Shown piece by piece: positions 1 through 8,279 of a stretch of 64,000 nucleotides of DNA. Position 1 is the stretch's first letter. Every line of letters starts with the position of its first letter. Source of the stretch: Candidatus Eiseniibacteriota bacterium (GTDB lineage Bacteria > Eisenbacteria > RBG-16-71-46 > JABDJR01); assembly GCA_963762255.1 (NCBI GenBank), contig CAVXKA010000001.1:992001-1056000 (forward strand). The letters run 5' to 3'. The notes below the pieces were generated by a model that saw nothing but the letters and a program-made list of their open reading frames with translations, had not been told where the DNA came from and ran no database searches. Made by a program: the position numbers and the translations under genes.

Positions 1-1093
1 TCAGCCCGCTCAGGGCCCGCGCTACCGCTTTCCACTGGAGCGCGAACGCGAGCAGTCCGCTCGTCACCATGCACGCGGCCCCGGGCCAGAGACTCCACGA
101 CACCATGGTGCGGTAGTCAAGCGTCTCGATGACTCCCATCCGATGCATCTGGGGCACCAGAACGACCCAGCAGAGGATGGAGCCGAGAAGCACGCTGGCC
201 GCCACGCGGAGCCCCATGAGCGCTCCTCCGGCCAGGAGGAGCACGCTTCCCTCCATCCCCACCGTGTACTGGAACGCGCTCGAACCGAAGACCGGGTAGG
301 CGTACTTCAGCACCGCATAGTCGCGTGCCGTCACTCCGATCTCTTGCAGCATGGTGAGGCCTTCGCTCAGGAACTTCACTGTCGCGCCGAAGCCGACGGC
401 CAGGAACAGGGAGCGCGCGCTCTTCTCCCCGTCCTTGGCGCTCGTCACCGTGCCTTCGACGTCCTTGGCCGCTTCCATTGCCGCTTCTTCCGCGGACTTT
501 ATGGTGTCCGGTTCCTCATCCCCGGTCTCCATGAGCGGCCCCGCGAGGGCGGGGCGATGCTGGGTGTCGTTGTGGAGGCTGCGCAGGGTCATGGCCGCGG
601 CGATGCCTGATGGGAACCGGAGCCGTTCGACGTTGATCATCTGCCGCTTCATCGGAATGGCCAGCGTCACCCCGAGCACGGCCAAGAAGAAGATCCACGC
701 GGTGAGGAGCCCGTAGGGGATGTGATGGCCGGTCACGATCAGGTAGGCCGCCACCGCCGAGATCAGCGTCCCTCCCGTCGAGTACCCGGCCGCGGAGGCG
801 GTGGACTGCATGGCGTTGTTCTCGAGAATGCTCATGTCCGTCCGCGCGAGCCCCAGCTTGCGGACGCCCTTCCAGATCGCGAACGAGAGGACGCAGGCGG
901 TGATGGCCACGCCGAAGCCCCACCCCGTCTTGAGTCCGACGTAGAGGTTGGTCATGGAGAGGACCGCGCCGAGGCCAGCCCCCATCAGCACGGCGCGCCA
1001 GGTGAGTTGGCGCATATCCCCGCGGTAGTGGTCCCGAAACCACTGGTGCTCGAGTTCCTCGGGGGAGCGTGTGGAGGTGGAGCGAGCGGCCAT
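1..1093 (-). CDS. OPT family oligopeptide transporter (3' end beyond left edge of window)
   Basis: Not in ORF track; read manually from ATG at 1093 with SD GAAGGAG: MAARSTS...QLTWRAVLMGAGLGAVLSMTNLYVGLKTGWGFGVAITA...ENNAMQSTASAAG...IPMKRQMINVERLRFPSGIAAA; typical OPT motifs. Confidence 0.9.
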   Translation of the reverse strand, partial: MAARSTSTRSPEELEHQWFRDHYRGDMRQLTWRAVLMGAGLGAVLSMTNLYVGLKTGWGFGVAITACVLSFAIWKGVRKLGLARTDMSILENNAMQSTASAAGYSTGGTLISAVAAYLIVTGHHIPYGLLTAWIFFLAVLGVTLAIPMKRQMINVERLRFPSGIAAAMTLRSLHNDTQHRPALAGPLMETGDEEPDTIKSAEEAAMEAAKDVEGTVTSAKDGEKSARSLFLAVGFGATVKFLSEGLTMLQEIGVTARDYAVLKYAYPVFGSSAFQYTVGMEGSVLLLAGGALMGLRVAASVLLGSILCWVVLVPQMHRMGVIETLDYRTMVSWSLWPGAACMVTSGLLAFALQWKAVARALSGL

Positions 1094-1266
1094 GGCGAAC
1101 TTTCTCCTTCAGGGGCCTGTACGAGGGGATCCACAACATACAGGGACAGCGGGGGTTTGACCACGGGGGGATGGGGGATCTGCTGCCTGAGCGGGGCGGG
1201 ATCCTCAGGGTCTGGCCGCCGCTCCGGGGCATTTTCTTCACTCTCTCGCCGGATACCGGCGAGGGG

Positions 1267-1295
1267 TTGAGTCGGGGAGCCCGGTTGCCGATAAT
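1267..1295 (+). promoter_or_regulatory. Putative sigma-70 promoter of the hydrolase gene
   Basis: TTGAGT-17 bp-GATAAT. Confidence 0.5.
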
Positions 1296-1454
1296 GCTGC
1301 CGATACCGCAATCGCGGCGCCGACCCATTCGACTCCGGGAGCCTCTCCCTGAAGCCCGTCCCAGACTTCCCGAATCGGTCTCGCTAGCGGCGCCTCGAAG
1401 GAAAGTCTGAAGGGCGGAGCACACCCGCCGATCTTGTCGCCAGGAGGAGGATCC

Positions 1455-2369
1455 ATGTTCACAGGACCGAAGTGTCGTGTTGTCTCCCGCCGCGCTCTGG
1501 CCGCTCTGGTCGCCTTGCCGGCGATCTTGTCGGTGGCGGTCTGTTCAGCCTCGTCTTCCACCGAGCCGCTCACCGGGCCGGCTTTCACCTACGTGAGCCA
1601 GGAAGCGGTGGACGGAATCGCTCAGATCTCCGTCACTTATTCGAGCGACGGAGCCTCTGTGCGCGGTGTGGTCTATCTTCCGACCGGGAGCGGGAGCCAT
1701 CCGGGCGTGCTCCTCAACCACGATGGCAGCCATGGGATCGACGCGGCGCTGATGCGTCGGGCGCGCGATCTGGCCAAGCAGGGCTACGTCGTGATGACCC
1801 CGGCCTATCGCTCCGATTCCGGGAGCCTGGGCAAGGCCACCGAGAACACGCAGGAGGTCGGTGACGTGCTGGCGGCGGCGCAGGGTCTCGCCCAGCATCC
1901 CCGCGTGGCGGACAAGCAGCTCGCCATCATGGGCACCAGCCACGGCGCGTTCGTCTCGATGCTGGCGGTCATGCAGAACCCCAAGCAGTTCCGCTGTGTG
2001 GCGCAGGCCAGCGGCGCCGCCGATGTTCCTCGCGAAGCGGCAAAGGTCAAGATCCCGATCCTGCTCCAGCATGGCTGGAAGGACGACGTGGTGGAGATCG
2101 GGGACGCCATGTACCTGAGCGCGGAGATGCGGCGCAACGGCAACGCAACCGCCAGGCTTCGTGAGTACTCGCTCCTCGGTCACAACCTCTGGTTCTCGAA
2201 CGACCCCGGCGCGTTCAGTCAGGATCTGATCTCACAGGCCGACTGGGCCTGGGAGGATCTCACGACCTTCCTCGACACCTACATGCAGCGCGGTCAGGCG
2301 AACACGCGGACCCCCGACGATCGCCAGCCGGTCAAGGCAGGGATGGGCGTGACGCCCTCCGGGCAGTAG
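1455..2369 (+). CDS. Exported alpha/beta hydrolase (S9 peptidase / dienelactone hydrolase-like)
   Basis: SD AGGAGGAGG before ATG 1455; signal peptide; GTSHGA nucleophile elbow, HGWKD acid, GH His. Confidence 0.8.
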   Translation: MFTGPKCRVVSRRALAALVALPAILSVAVCSASSSTEPLTGPAFTYVSQEAVDGIAQISVTYSSDGASVRGVVYLPTGSGSHPGVLLNHDGSHGIDAALMRRARDLAKQGYVVMTPAYRSDSGSLGKATENTQEVGDVLAAAQGLAQHPRVADKQLAIMGTSHGAFVSMLAVMQNPKQFRCVAQASGAADVPREAAKVKIPILLQHGWKDDVVEIGDAMYLSAEMRRNGNATARLREYSLLGHNLWFSNDPGAFSQDLISQADWAWEDLTTFLDTYMQRGQANTRTPDDRQPVKAGMGVTPSGQ

Positions 2370-2651
2370 GCGGCCGGCTTTCCCCGACGCCGCCCGAACA
2401 GCAGCGGGTCGCATCGGGAAGAGCGCGCGGGGGCGCGGCCTCGAGGTCGCGCCCCCCTCCAGTTCTATGCGGCCTGGACAGCCATTCCGAGGTGGCTGTA
2501 CAGGGTCCCGCGATTCTGGCAGACTGCCCCGACTTGGCAGGGACGGAGCATTCCCAGTGTGCCCGCCGCAGAGGTACCCGGACTCGTTTCGCCGGCGGCG
2601 CCGACCGAAGCGGCTGACCCGTCCTCATAACCAAAGAAAGGCAGTGTATTC

Positions 2652-3116
2652 ATGAGAAGATTCGCTGTTCTGCTCGTTGTTCTCGGCGCGACGCTGCACG
2701 CGGGCGTCGCCCTCGCCGGAAAGACCAATACGGGCTGCGGACTCGGGACGATGATCTTCAAGAACGAGGACGGCCTGTTCTCCCAGGTCTGCGCCGCGAC
2801 CACCAACGCCAGCTTCGGGAATCAGACCTTCGGGATCACCTCGGGCACGCTCGAGTGCGAGAAACCCGCCACCTTCGCGTCGAACGAGAAGCTGAACACG
2901 TTCGTCGCAGAGAACATGGACAACCTGGCCCGGGATATCGCCCGGGGGGATGGGGAGTATCTGAGCACGCTAGCCGTCCTGCTCGACGTTCCGGTCCAGG
3001 AGCGGTCCGCCCTCTACACGCGGCTTCAGGCGAACTTCTCCACGATCTACACCTCTGCGGAGGTGACGCATCTCGACGTCCTCCGGAACCTCGAGACCCT
3101 CCTGTCGTCGATCTGA
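2652..3116 (+). CDS. DUF3015 family exported protein
   Basis: Signal peptide; GCGLG, TTN...NQTFGITSGTLEC, N-L-A-x-D-I-A-x-G-x-G-E-Y-L motifs. Confidence 0.85.
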   Translation: MRRFAVLLVVLGATLHAGVALAGKTNTGCGLGTMIFKNEDGLFSQVCAATTNASFGNQTFGITSGTLECEKPATFASNEKLNTFVAENMDNLARDIARGDGEYLSTLAVLLDVPVQERSALYTRLQANFSTIYTSAEVTHLDVLRNLETLLSSI

Positions 3117-3157
3117 CGTCACCGGGCCGGTTGAATCGGTTGCGGGGGAGCGCACGG

Positions 3158-5068
3158 ATGGTTTCGGCGATCCGGGTGCTCCCCCTTCTCCTTGTCCTCG
3201 CCCTATCATGGACCGCGGCGGTGGCTTCGGCGGCGCCCCCCGCGCCTGAGGATCGCTACGTGGAGGGCCTCGTGGAAACGGCCCGCCGCGAGGCCCTCCA
3301 CGAGGATGCGTACTGGCGCACCTTGCTCCATTACAAACGCGGGCTCTTCGGGCTGCGGAGCCTGGTTGACGACCCCACCTTCTTCCTCTCCAAGGACGGC
3401 AAGCACGATCCGGAAGCGGAGCTCGCAGCCACGATCCGCTCCTTCTTCGAGGCTCCCGACACCGCGCGGGTCCATCCGGTCTGCCGGTTCCCAGCCCGAT
3501 TCGCCTGGCTGTCGGAAGTCCTGAACCTGGACCCGTCGCGCTTGCCGGTTCCGGTCTGCGAGTCCTTCGAGGCGCTCGCGGAGGCCATCCAGCCCCGGTC
3601 GGTCACGCTCATCTTTCCCACCGCGCACATGAACAGCCCGGCGTCCATGTACGGACACACGCTCCTGACGGTCGAGTCCGCCCGCGGCGGTCGGCTGCTG
3701 TCGTACGCGATCAACTACGCGGCGGTGACCACCGACACCTTCGGTCCCCTCTACATCGTCAAGGGCCTCTTCGGAAGCTACGACGGCTATTTCTCGATCC
3801 TGCCGTACTACGCCAAGCTTCAGGAGTACAGCGACGTCAACGATCGCGACATCTGGGAGTATCCGTTGAACCTGGACCCGGAGGAGGTCCGGAGACTCCT
3901 GATGCACATCCGCGAACTCGAGGGGATCCGGTCCGATTACTACTTCTTCAAGGAGAACTGCTCCTACGATCTCCTCTTCCTGCTCGAGGCCGCGCGACCG
4001 TCCCTGCGACTGACCGACGAATTCGACGGATGGGTCATCCCCCTCGACACGATCCGGGCGGTCAAGAAGGGCGGTCTCATCCGGGAGGCGGTGTACCGGC
4101 CGTCGAAGTCGACGAAGATTCGGCACATCGCCTCGCGACTCGGCGCCGAGGGCCGGCGCAGCGCCCTCGCCATCGCGGCGGGAACGCTCGATCCGGGGGA
4201 CATCCTGGTCCGTGAGCCCGATCGGGGCGGGCAGGCCCGGATCCTCGATCTGGCGGTCGAGGTCCTCCAGTACAGGAACGCCAAGGGCGAGATCGAGCTG
4301 GGCGCCTACCAGGAACGGTTCCTCCGCGCCTTGCGCGCCCGCAGTGGGCTGGGAGAGCAGGACGAAGACGCTCACTCTGTCCAGAGCCCCGATCCGCCGG
4401 ACGAGGGGCACCGATCCAATCGCATCTACCTTGGCGGCGGCATCCGCGAGGACCAGGGTTTCGCCGAGGTGAGGCTCCGACCCGCCTACCACGACCTTCT
4501 CGACAGCGATCGTGGATACACGCGCGGCTCGCAGATCGTCTTTATCGATACCGCCCTGCGCTACCATCCCCGGACGGAGAGGCTCGAGCTGGAGCGCCTC
4601 GACCTGATCGACATCGTCTCCATCGCCCCGCGGAGCCAATTCTTCAAGCACACGTCCTGGAAGGTGAACACCGGTCTGTTCCGCCGGTTCACGCGGGACG
4701 GTGGGAATCATCTCGTCTACGGGTTCAACACCGGCTTCGGCCCGGCCTTCGAGGGGAAGGTGCCCGGGCTTCTCTACACCTTCGTCGAAACGGATCTGCA
4801 GGTAGGGGGCGCGCTCGACCACGACTACGCGCTCGGGGCCGGACTTTCCGTCGGGCTCGTGAGGAACCTGACCAAGGACTGGAAGCTCCACGTCCACGCG
4901 AAGGACGTCTACTACGCGCTGGGCGAGGATGGACACCGGCTGACCGCCGGCCTGGGACAGGGGTGGCGGTTGGGCCACGATCTCGGCCTGTCGCTGACGA
5001 CCGGGGTGAGCCGGGAGCGGGATCGATCCCGATTCGAGACGACCGTCGGATGGAACATCTACTTCTAA
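3158..5068 (+). CDS. DUF4105 (Lnb N-terminal-like) domain protein with C-terminal beta-barrel-like region
   Basis: ATG 3158 with signal peptide; CRFPAR, SMYGHTLL, RDIWEY, YYFFKENCS motifs; ends in aromatic WNIYF. Confidence 0.8.
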   Translation: MVSAIRVLPLLLVLALSWTAAVASAAPPAPEDRYVEGLVETARREALHEDAYWRTLLHYKRGLFGLRSLVDDPTFFLSKDGKHDPEAELAATIRSFFEAPDTARVHPVCRFPARFAWLSEVLNLDPSRLPVPVCESFEALAEAIQPRSVTLIFPTAHMNSPASMYGHTLLTVESARGGRLLSYAINYAAVTTDTFGPLYIVKGLFGSYDGYFSILPYYAKLQEYSDVNDRDIWEYPLNLDPEEVRRLLMHIRELEGIRSDYYFFKENCSYDLLFLLEAARPSLRLTDEFDGWVIPLDTIRAVKKGGLIREAVYRPSKSTKIRHIASRLGAEGRRSALAIAAGTLDPGDILVREPDRGGQARILDLAVEVLQYRNAKGEIELGAYQERFLRALRARSGLGEQDEDAHSVQSPDPPDEGHRSNRIYLGGGIREDQGFAEVRLRPAYHDLLDSDRGYTRGSQIVFIDTALRYHPRTERLELERLDLIDIVSIAPRSQFFKHTSWKVNTGLFRRFTRDGGNHLVYGFNTGFGPAFEGKVPGLLYTFVETDLQVGGALDHDYALGAGLSVGLVRNLTKDWKLHVHAKDVYYALGEDGHRLTAGLGQGWRLGHDLGLSLTTGVSRERDRSRFETTVGWNIYF

Positions 5069-5094
5069 GGACCGAACCGATGGGTGAGGGGAGA

Positions 5095-5631
5095 ATGAGA
5101 CTCGCGCTGCTCCTGCCGCTCTTCCTCTCCGTGGCCTGCGCCGGCGCCCCGCCGGCCGGTGGACCCGCGGTTTCCGTCGAGGCTTCGACCCCCTGCGATG
5201 GGCCTCTCACGGAGGCGCTTGCGCTGCTGGCGGAAGGCGCGGTGGATCCGTGCTCCATCTGCGCAGAGAAGTCGCGGCGAAAGGCGTTCCGCATTCTGGA
5301 CAAGCACTTCGGTCCGGGCACGGTGCTGAGAAGCGGAACGGGATGCCGATTCACGCTGATGGCTGGCGACCAGCATGAACTCGTCCTCGGCACCGGGGAG
5401 GGGGAGGCCAGCCTGACCTTCAGGTTCCATGTGCCCGGGGATCGCCTTGTGGGGATCGCCGAGGCCGACCTGACCGACGAGCGGATCGCGGCGGCAGTCC
5501 TGGGTGGGGCGGCGGTGACGGCCATCCGGATCGCCAGGTATGCCTACGGCGACGGGCCGACCTATCTCTTCTTCCCGGCGAGCAACCACCTCCAGGTTCA
5601 GTGCAGGATCCTGGAGATTGCCGCAGAGTAG
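5095..5631 (+). CDS. Hypothetical lipoprotein
   Basis: MRLALLLPLFLSVAC lipobox-like start after GGGGAG; co-oriented with neighbours. Confidence 0.6.
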   Translation: MRLALLLPLFLSVACAGAPPAGGPAVSVEASTPCDGPLTEALALLAEGAVDPCSICAEKSRRKAFRILDKHFGPGTVLRSGTGCRFTLMAGDQHELVLGTGEGEASLTFRFHVPGDRLVGIAEADLTDERIAAAVLGGAAVTAIRIARYAYGDGPTYLFFPASNHLQVQCRILEIAAE

Positions 5632-5672
5632 GCGGCCTCGGGGTGCTGATCGGGGGCCCGGGTACGCATTCC

Positions 5673-5701
5673 TTGCTCCTCGCCCCTCCAGCGCGCACAA
5701 T
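5673..5701 (+). promoter_or_regulatory. Putative sigma-70 promoter giving a leaderless mRNA
   Basis: TTGCTC-17 bp-CACAAT, 6 nt before ATG 5708. Confidence 0.4.
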
Positions 5702-5707
5702 AGGGGC

Positions 5708-8155
5708 ATGCTCAAACACCATGATTCTGCACCGTCCATCCTGGGGAAGTCCCCCGCGCGCCGTCTGGCCCTCCTGACCCTGGTCCTCCTGGCCGTTCCG
5801 ACGCTCGCTTTCGCCCAGGGATACCGCATCTTCGGCGACAGCTCCGATCCGACCTATTACGATACGAGCTGGGGGTTTAGGACCCTGCCCAGCGTGGTGG
5901 AGCTGGCGCACACGGACAAGTTCCCGGTGGACGCCACCGCGCCTTTCCTGGGCTCAAATGCGCTTCGCCTGAAGTGGACTTCCTACGCCACCGGAGACTG
6001 GGCGCTGGCGGTGGCCAACCCGGGCTGGGCCCCGGTGAGCCTCGATCCCTATGACTCCCTCATCTTCTGGATGCGCGCGCCGAGCGCCGTACCTCTGACC
6101 GAGCTCCCCCTGATCTTCCTGGAGGACACCAGCAGCCGGAAGACAGCCAAAGCTGCGCTCTCCACCTATGTGACGAGCCTTCCCGTCGGCACCTGGGTAC
6201 GCGTGGTCGTGCCCCTACAGTTCTTCCGCGACAATCCCGGCACCGCTAACCTGGACGCGATCAAGACCCTCTTCTTCGGGAAGAATCCCGCGGGGGTGAG
6301 CGGCACGAGTCGCACGCTCCTGCTCGACGAGTTTCGCTACGCCGCCGCCGACACCGTTCCTCCGCCGCCCCCGTCGGGTCTGATCGCGCACGGCTGGGGC
6401 CTGCACGTGGACATCGCCTGGGATGTTCCCCCCGACCCGGACATCGAGTCGGTGTGGATCGACCGGCGCGAGGCGGGAATCTGGCAGCACATCGGCGCGG
6501 CATCCGCCGAGGACGGCGCGTTCGTGGACTGGCGCGGCGCGGTCGGCATCACCGGAGAGTACCGGGTGACCGCCACCGACTTCAGCTTCAACACCACGAT
6601 CGGGGATTCGGTGACCGCGACCACCAGCCCCATGGACGACCAGGATCGCCTCGACATGGTCCAGGAGGCGTCCTTCCGCTACTTCTGGAACCACGCGCAT
6701 CCGGTTTCGGGGCTCACCCGTGAAGTGCTCAACGGCGGCGACGTGTGCGCCACCGGCGGCACCGGGTTCGGGATCATGGCTGCGATCGCCGCGGCGGAGC
6801 GTGGGTTCGTCGCGCGCGCCGACGTGGTGGACCGACTGCTCACCATCACCGGTTTTTTGAGCACGCAGGTGCCCCCGTTCCACGGCGCGTTTCCACACTG
6901 GATCAACGGCTCGACCGGCGCCCCCGTTCCCTTCACCGGGCCTACCGACGACTCCCGCGATCTCGTGGAGACGTCGTACCTGATGGAAGGCCTGCTGGCC
7001 GCCCGTGTCTACTTCGACGGCGCAGACCCCGACGAGACGCTGCTGCGCTCCCGCTGCACCGCGCTGTGGGAAGGGGTGGAGTGGGACGCCTTCCGACCCG
7101 TCGGCACCAACGTCCTGTACTGGCACCTGTCCCCCACAACGGGATTCACCAACAGCATCGAGCTGCGGGGTTGGCACGAGGCGATGATCACGTACCTGCT
7201 CGCGATCGCTTCGCCGACCCACCCCGTGCCGGCCAGTCTCTACCACGACGGCTGGGCAAGCGGCGGAGGCATGGTGAACGGCGGGACCTTCCTGGGCTAC
7301 ACGTTGGCGGTTGGCCCCGACTGGGGTGGATCGCTCTTCTTCGCTCACTACAGCTTTCTGGGATTCGATCCCCGCGGCCGACGTGACGTCTACGCGGACT
7401 ACTTTCTCCACAACCGTGCTCACACGTTGGTGAACCGCGCCTACTGCATCCTTAACCCAGGCGGGTACACGGGCTATGGGCCCAACTGCTGGGGGTTGAC
7501 CGCCAGCTCGAATCCCTGGGGCTACGCCGCGCACGCTCCCTACTCCAACGACAACGGGACCATCACCCCCACCGCGGCGCTCTCATCCATGCCCTACACC
7601 CCGGTGGAATCGCGACTCGCGCTCCAGCACTTCTACGAGGTCTACGGGGACCGTCTCTGGACCGCGTTCGGATTCCGCGACGCGTTCCACCCCGGACTGA
7701 ACTGGTTCTCCTCCACCATCATCGCGATCGATCAACTTCCCATCGTGGGCATGATCGAGAACGCCCGAAGCGGCCTCTTGTGGGACTCCTTCATGGCGAA
7801 CGCCGAGATCCAGCCGGCGCTGACCGCGATCGGATTCGTGTCCTCGACGACGGCGGTGGAGCCTGAGCCCCTGGCGCTTCAGGCCCCCCTGCGCGTGAGC
7901 GGCGCCAACCCGTCCCGCGCCGGGCTCGAGGCCGGGTTCGCTCTCGACCGCGCCGCGCACGTGGAGTTGAGCGTGTTCGACGTTCAGGGGCGACGTGTGG
8001 CCGTCCTGCTCGACGAGGAACTGGGCGCGGGTGCCCATCGCGCGCGCTGGGACGGGGGGACCTCCGCCGGCAGGAGCGCCGCCGCCGGTGTCTACATGGT
8101 CAGGCTGCGCGCGGGGGAGCGCACCGAGAGCGTGCGGGTCGTCCGGCTGCCGTAA
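5708..8155 (+). CDS. Secreted GH144-like endo-beta-1,2-glucanase (glucoamylase-family) with N-terminal CBM-like/Fn3-like region and C-terminal FlgD-Ig domain
   Basis: DLVETSYLMEGLL, GWHEAMITYLLAIASP, LFFAHYSFLGFDPR, CWGLTAS, DNGTITPTAALSSMPYTP motifs; C-terminus VFDVQGRRVA..WDG..AAGVY. Confidence 0.85.
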   Translation: MLKHHDSAPSILGKSPARRLALLTLVLLAVPTLAFAQGYRIFGDSSDPTYYDTSWGFRTLPSVVELAHTDKFPVDATAPFLGSNALRLKWTSYATGDWALAVANPGWAPVSLDPYDSLIFWMRAPSAVPLTELPLIFLEDTSSRKTAKAALSTYVTSLPVGTWVRVVVPLQFFRDNPGTANLDAIKTLFFGKNPAGVSGTSRTLLLDEFRYAAADTVPPPPPSGLIAHGWGLHVDIAWDVPPDPDIESVWIDRREAGIWQHIGAASAEDGAFVDWRGAVGITGEYRVTATDFSFNTTIGDSVTATTSPMDDQDRLDMVQEASFRYFWNHAHPVSGLTREVLNGGDVCATGGTGFGIMAAIAAAERGFVARADVVDRLLTITGFLSTQVPPFHGAFPHWINGSTGAPVPFTGPTDDSRDLVETSYLMEGLLAARVYFDGADPDETLLRSRCTALWEGVEWDAFRPVGTNVLYWHLSPTTGFTNSIELRGWHEAMITYLLAIASPTHPVPASLYHDGWASGGGMVNGGTFLGYTLAVGPDWGGSLFFAHYSFLGFDPRGRRDVYADYFLHNRAHTLVNRAYCILNPGGYTGYGPNCWGLTASSNPWGYAAHAPYSNDNGTITPTAALSSMPYTPVESRLALQHFYEVYGDRLWTAFGFRDAFHPGLNWFSSTIIAIDQLPIVGMIENARSGLLWDSFMANAEIQPALTAIGFVSSTTAVEPEPLALQAPLRVSGANPSRAGLEAGFALDRAAHVELSVFDVQGRRVAVLLDEELGAGAHRARWDGGTSAGRSAAAGVYMVRLRAGERTESVRVVRLP

Positions 8156-8204
8156 GCGGCCGAATTGGTCTATGTGCGGTCCATGAAATGGCTGTAAATC
8201 TAGC

Positions 8205-8277
8205 TTGATTCGTCCGTAGACCCACAGATAGAATGTTGATTGGCTGAATTGGATCACTGAAATAGGGCCAATCAACA
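8205..8277 (+). promoter_or_regulatory. Sigma-70 promoter with putative MocR/PdxR operator
   Basis: TTGATT-18-TAGAAT; 11-bp perfect inverted repeat TGTTGATTGGC (8234-8244)/GCCAATCAACA (8267-8277); extra ATTGG repeat at 8248. Confidence 0.6.
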
Positions 8278-8279
8278 AC

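Noticed and set aside
143-1864. Many long ORF-track frames here, and antisense to real genes throughout (e.g. 3206-4978, 24494-26899, 49384-51687)
   Set aside because: Shadow ORFs typical of high-GC DNA; Arg/Pro/Gly-rich with no motifs, while the opposite or alternative frame carries recognisable genes.
2534-2550. Sigma-54-like TGGCAGGGACGGAGCA upstream of DUF3015
   Set aside because: The -12 element is poor (GAGC) and there is no accompanying AT-rich/IHF element.
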